From contig LNEE01000037.1 in NCBI GenBank assembly GCA_001464895.1, positions 59,653-123,652 of the forward strand: a DNA stretch of 64,000 nt, written 5' to 3'. The notes beneath the pieces are model-generated. The model was not told the DNA's origin. It did not search any database and was given only the letters and a program-made list of their open reading frames with translations. This document shows positions 48,601-51,530 of the stretch, in pieces. This DNA comes from Betaproteobacteria bacterium Ga0077532. Its GTDB lineage: Bacteria > Pseudomonadota > Gammaproteobacteria > Burkholderiales > Ga0077523. Each line of letters opens with the position of its first letter. The first letter of the stretch is position 1. Made by a program: the position numbers and the translations under genes.

Positions 48601-51530
48601 CTCGCGCTCCCGACGAGGGAAACGTCGAGCGCCGACGTGTTCCACTGATTCACGTAGTAACGATCACCCGCCACCGGCTTGAAACCCACGGTGAACGCGG
48701 CGGGGGCAGCACCGCCGTTGTCGAGGCGCACCGAGCCGTCGCGGACGAAGACACCGAGCGGGCCGACGGCGGCGCTGAAGTCCATGTCCGAGCCTGCCAC
48801 CTTCGCGGTGAGCGCGAGGTTGGAGTCGTCTCGGATGTACGCGCGCGGGGACGCCGGATTCGTCAGGTCGAAACCGAAGATCAGGTTGAGTGTCGCGGCA
48901 GCGTCGACGTCGAGCTTGGCGGAACCGCCGACGTCGATGAGGTCGCCGACGCCGTTCAGGTTGGTGCCGTCGGTGTTCGTGAAGCCGGCGAGCTGCCCGA
49001 GATCCAAGTCGAGCGCGAGGTCCTCGCTATAGGTGCGCCCGAGGTCGAGATCGAACTCGAGCGACTGGGCCGCGAAACTCAGCGTGAGCGCCGACGGTGC
49101 GATCCCGAAGGCCTGCTCGATCCGCTGTTCGAGCTGCTGGATGGTCTGTACCCCGGCAGTCTCGAGTGCCGTCCTGGCGTCGCCGAACTTCCCGGCGAGG
49201 CTCACGAGATCGGCCACGCTGCGGTCGATGAGGGGCAGGTCGAGACCGATGAACGAGAACTGGTCGATCGTGGAGAGGTACGTGACCAGCGACCCGAACG
49301 CCCCGAGGACATCGGCGAAGTCGAGTTCCTTGTAGTTGAGCAGCGGCGTGAGGTCGGGCGTCGTGACGGACAGCGTGTTCGGCTGGAAGATGTTGGTCAT
49401 CGCCACGACCACGCGCGGCGTGCCCGGCAGGGCGATCAGCCCGCCAGTGACGGCGATGGGGAGGACGGCGTTCAACGTGCCGGTGGAGGTGATGTTCGTC
49501 CAGGCCGGGATGTTGTCGATGCCCTCGAAGAGGTCCGAGAAGCGCATCGGCGTCGCGTTGTTGTTGCCCTTCCGGAACTGCACGTCCACCTGGGCCGTGG
49601 CGGTGGCATTCCCGTTCTCGATGCCGACGCCGACGAAGCCGACGTTCGCCGTCGCATCGATGTCGTTTGCGGTGGCAGTCACGTTGCCGGTGGCGCGCAC
49701 GTCGCGGAGGAAGGCCTTGCGGGTCAGCGAGTCGACGGCGGTATTGACCGCCTTCAGCTTCAGCTCGGTGGCCGCGGTGTTGGTCGCGATGTCCGGGACG
49801 AGGACGTTGAGGAAGGCGCCCGTGAATCCGCCGGCGTGCGTGAACCGGAGCCGGTTGGCGTCCAGCGAGGCCGTGACGCCGACGACACCCGCCGCCGTCA
49901 TCGCGGCATTGATGTCGGCGATGAGGGCGGCGCGGGTGGTGTTGGTGGTGTCGCGCGCGACGACCACGTCGACGTAGGCCCCGCCCGCCGCCGAGATCTT
50001 GAATGCCGCATCCGCCGAGAGCACACCGTTCAGCGGCAGGACGTCGTCGCCGACGATCACCGCGGAATAGGGCGTGAGATCGAAGCCGAGCACGAACTGC
50101 ACGGCGCCGTTCGCATCGATCGACAGCGTGCTCGCCGTGCTGATGCCGCCCAGCGGGGCCAGATTGAAGTTGAAATCGAGCGTGTCGGAGGAGGCCGCGA
50201 AACCGCTCTGCAGGCGCAGGAAGAAGGTGAGCTGGTCGGTGGCCGCGTTGTAGGCGGCATTGATCGCCTCGGGCGGCAGGCCGAGCACCTCCGAGAGGCG
50301 CGTCGCGAGGGACTGCGCGGTGGCGAAGGTCGCCACGCCCTCGGCGTTCTTCAACTGGTCGATGAGGCCGCTCGTGAAGCTCTCCGCGAACTGCAGGACT
50401 TCGCCGAACGTACGGCCATCGGCCAGGGGGATCACACCCGTGAAGGCGTCCGACGTGCGCAGCCCGTTCAACCACGAGCCCACCTGGTTGAGGACCTGGA
50501 GCACGGCTTCCGGCTGCACGCGTCCGAAGTTCGTGATGTCCGGTGCGGTGGCACCGGTCACGGTGACGACGGGTGGGGCATCGAAGAGGTTCGCAGCATC
50601 GATCCTGACCTCGGCGGCGCCCGCGTTGAAACTGCCCAACGCGGCGACGGCGATGGGCAGGCGGCCGACGATGGTGCCGGTCGTCACCGTCGGATCGACC
50701 ATCCCCTCGATGGTGGTGCCGAGCAGTTCCGACAGCGTGATGTGACCCGCCGCGTCGGCGTCCGGATTCAGGACGTCGATGTCGAGGAACGCGTTCAACT
50801 TGAACGTGCCGCCGGCCACCGTGGCATCGAGGAAACCGATGGCGAGACCGAAGTCGAGTGCGGCGTCGGTCGTCACGCTCGCCTTGAAATCGTCGAAGCT
50901 CACGAAGAAGCGCTCCTCCGGCGCCAGCCCGTCGGCGAGATCGATGCCGAACGAGAAGTCGAGGCGGACAGCGGCGGTCAGGTCGAGCTTGCCGTTCGCG
51001 TCGGCGGTGAGGGCGAGCCCGTTCGCGGACGCGGGCACCGCGAATGGCTGGTCGGCCAGCACCCGCTGCGAATCGAGCACCACGTCGAAACGGATTTCGT
51101 CGCCGTAGCGATCACCGGTCACCGTCCCGGCGCCCAGGACGGCCTCGAGGGCGGCGACGAGACCGTCGGTGGTCTGCGTGCCCGCTTGGTTCAGGTAGTT
51201 GAGGACGGGCGTGACGAGCCGACTCTGCAGCGTCCCCGAGAGATCGACCGCCTGACCGATCGTCGTGTTGAAACCCGGCAGGCCCTTCGCCAACTCGGCC
51301 ACGGTCTCGGCGCCCTGGGCCCAGGTCGCGAACTGCGTGAGGCCCTGGCTGAGAAGTGTTTCGGTCTGGGGTGCGAGGTCCGCCGAGAGCAGCAGCCGGG
51401 ATTCCAGGGCCTCGAAGAGCGCGGTGCGTCGCGAGGGGACGGGCGTCCGCGGTGCAGCCGGCGTCGATCCGGAGGTGGGAGCGCAACGGCGCTCAGAGAA
51501 CAACCGGGAAAGAGCGTTGCGTGCCGACAT
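27603..51530 (-). CDS. Giant secreted or surface multidomain protein (about 7,975 aa): LEPR-XLL-like leader, RTX block, beta-helix/lectin modules, tandem-95/PKD repeats, cohesin-dockerin
   Basis: A single stop-free frame 27603..51926. The start was chosen at ATG 51528-51530 ([11 protein letters not shown]...) with GGAG 6 nt upstream, which places the [14 protein letters not shown] motif at residues 39-52. Domain content is listed in the sub-features. Confidence 0.85.
   Translation of the reverse strand: [7975 protein letters not shown]
27606..27971 (-). other. Pro/Ala-rich C-terminal tail (122 aa) ending in a basic segment
   Basis: [20 protein letters not shown]...[23 protein letters not shown]...[33 protein letters not shown]. 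I recognise no sorting motif (no LPXTG, PEP-CTERM or T9SS CTD). Confidence 0.5.
27972..28148 (-). other. Dockerin-like domain (two EF-hand-like calcium loops)
   Basis: [23 protein letters not shown]...[23 protein letters not shown]: a duplicated D.DGdG.hts.Dh..h segment, each copy followed by a helix, as in type I dockerins. Confidence 0.65.
28149..28562 (-). other. Cohesin-like domain
   Basis: [50 protein letters not shown]...[28 protein letters not shown]. This follows the cohesin pattern G..V.hPh.h....Gh.shsF.L.aD...L.v.gh. Confidence 0.5.
28563..28910 (-). other. Second Big_5-like Ig domain
   Basis: [30 protein letters not shown]...[40 protein letters not shown]. Confidence 0.45.
28911..30944 (-). 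other. Array of tandem-95 / cadherin-like Ig repeats (VNDAPV-delimited, about 6 units) interrupted by one PKD-like domain
   Basis: Recurrent NAAPVANDQ / [11 protein letters not shown] / [11 protein letters not shown] / [10 protein letters not shown] / [11 protein letters not shown] boundaries, each followed by ...EDxxxxIxLxGSDxxGDALTF...P.xGxL...DGxFxYTPxxxFxGxDSFTYxVxDG. Confidence 0.75.
29820..30083 (-). other. PKD-like domain
   Basis: [88 protein letters not shown], showing the W.hnWGDG ... HtY ... G.Y.h.hthtD.dG signature. Confidence 0.7.
30945..31355 (-). other. SbsA/Big_5-type Ig-like domain
   Basis: [55 protein letters not shown]...[38 protein letters not shown]. Confidence 0.55.
31356..32003 (-). 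other. NIDO-like (nidogen-like) domain
   Basis: [29 protein letters not shown]...[13 protein letters not shown]...[20 protein letters not shown]...[18 protein letters not shown]. This resembles the FPFYG..Y..hhV.tNG.hSF ... I.PhW.D ... V.W ... F...L..dG core of NIDO domains. Confidence 0.4.
32004..33524 (-). other. Beta-helix module E (507 aa)
   Basis: Starts [65 protein letters not shown]. By my count 75 of the first 85 residues are identical to module D. Coils include [81 protein letters not shown]. Confidence 0.8.
33525..35798 (-). other. Beta-helix module D (758 aa) with malectin-like domain 2 and Ig-like spacer
   Basis: Starts [65 protein letters not shown]. Coils include [71 protein letters not shown]. 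Cap: [35 protein letters not shown]. Confidence 0.8.
33729..34211 (-). other. Malectin-like domain 2
   Basis: [24 protein letters not shown]...[60 protein letters not shown]...GLLIEL. It is a paralogue of domain 1 with a more degenerate core. Confidence 0.6.
36006..36497 (-). other. Malectin-like domain 1
   Basis: [18 protein letters not shown]...[62 protein letters not shown]...GLRLDL. The core (Y.T.R..., G.Y.V.LHF.E...RVFD+..NG) matches the classical malectin pattern. Confidence 0.7.
36750..37247 (-). other. Golvesin C-terminal-like beta-sandwich inserted in module C
   Basis: [17 protein letters not shown]...[22 protein letters not shown]...GSYRVYDGG...[22 protein letters not shown]...[12 protein letters not shown]. 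This follows the pattern vDd..gF...G.W ... W.f....G.Y.v...W ... Y.V ... W..L ... V.Ls ... ADAVR. Confidence 0.4.
38610..40667 (-). other. Beta-helix module B with cap motif and small Ig-like spacer
   Basis: Starts [22 protein letters not shown]. PbH1 coils include [62 protein letters not shown]. Cap: [35 protein letters not shown]. Then an Ig-like [19 protein letters not shown]...YRIRVRS. Confidence 0.8.
41034..41513 (-). other. CBM4/9-like jelly-roll carbohydrate-binding module
   Basis: The start [16 protein letters not shown]... and the end ...[14 protein letters not shown] fit the NxGFE..GW opening and beta-sandwich length (about 160 aa) of CBM_4_9-type modules. Confidence 0.5.
41514..42857 (-). 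other. Right-handed parallel beta-helix (PbH1) module A
   Basis: Stacked 22-25-aa coils with the pattern hxxNxhxGNxxxGh, for example [80 protein letters not shown]. It ends [10 protein letters not shown]. Confidence 0.8.
42858..44111 (-). other. Seven W-rich repeats of about 55 aa (candidate 7-bladed beta-propeller)
   Basis: Repeat cores: [153 protein letters not shown]...[29 protein letters not shown]. Confidence 0.4.
44112..46142 (-). other. RTX (hemolysin-type calcium-binding) nonapeptide repeat block, about 677 aa
   Basis: Dozens of GGxGxDxhx units, for example [75 protein letters not shown], continuing to [20 protein letters not shown]. Confidence 0.9.
46143..51374 (-). other. About 1,744-aa N-terminal region with no domain recognisable by eye; recurring F-x-F-G-(F/I)-D-L strand motif
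   Basis: The motif recurs as [60 protein letters not shown]. The region is Ala/Gly/Thr/Asp/Leu-rich, beta-rich in appearance, and almost free of Cys. Confidence 0.5.
51375..51416 (-). other. LEPR-XLL-like N-terminal motif ([14 protein letters not shown])
   Basis: It matches the LEPRxLLSAD consensus known from N-termini of very large repetitive bacterial proteins, with P replaced by S. It is preceded by a basic, Pro-rich stretch and not by a hydrophobic Sec signal. Confidence 0.6.
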
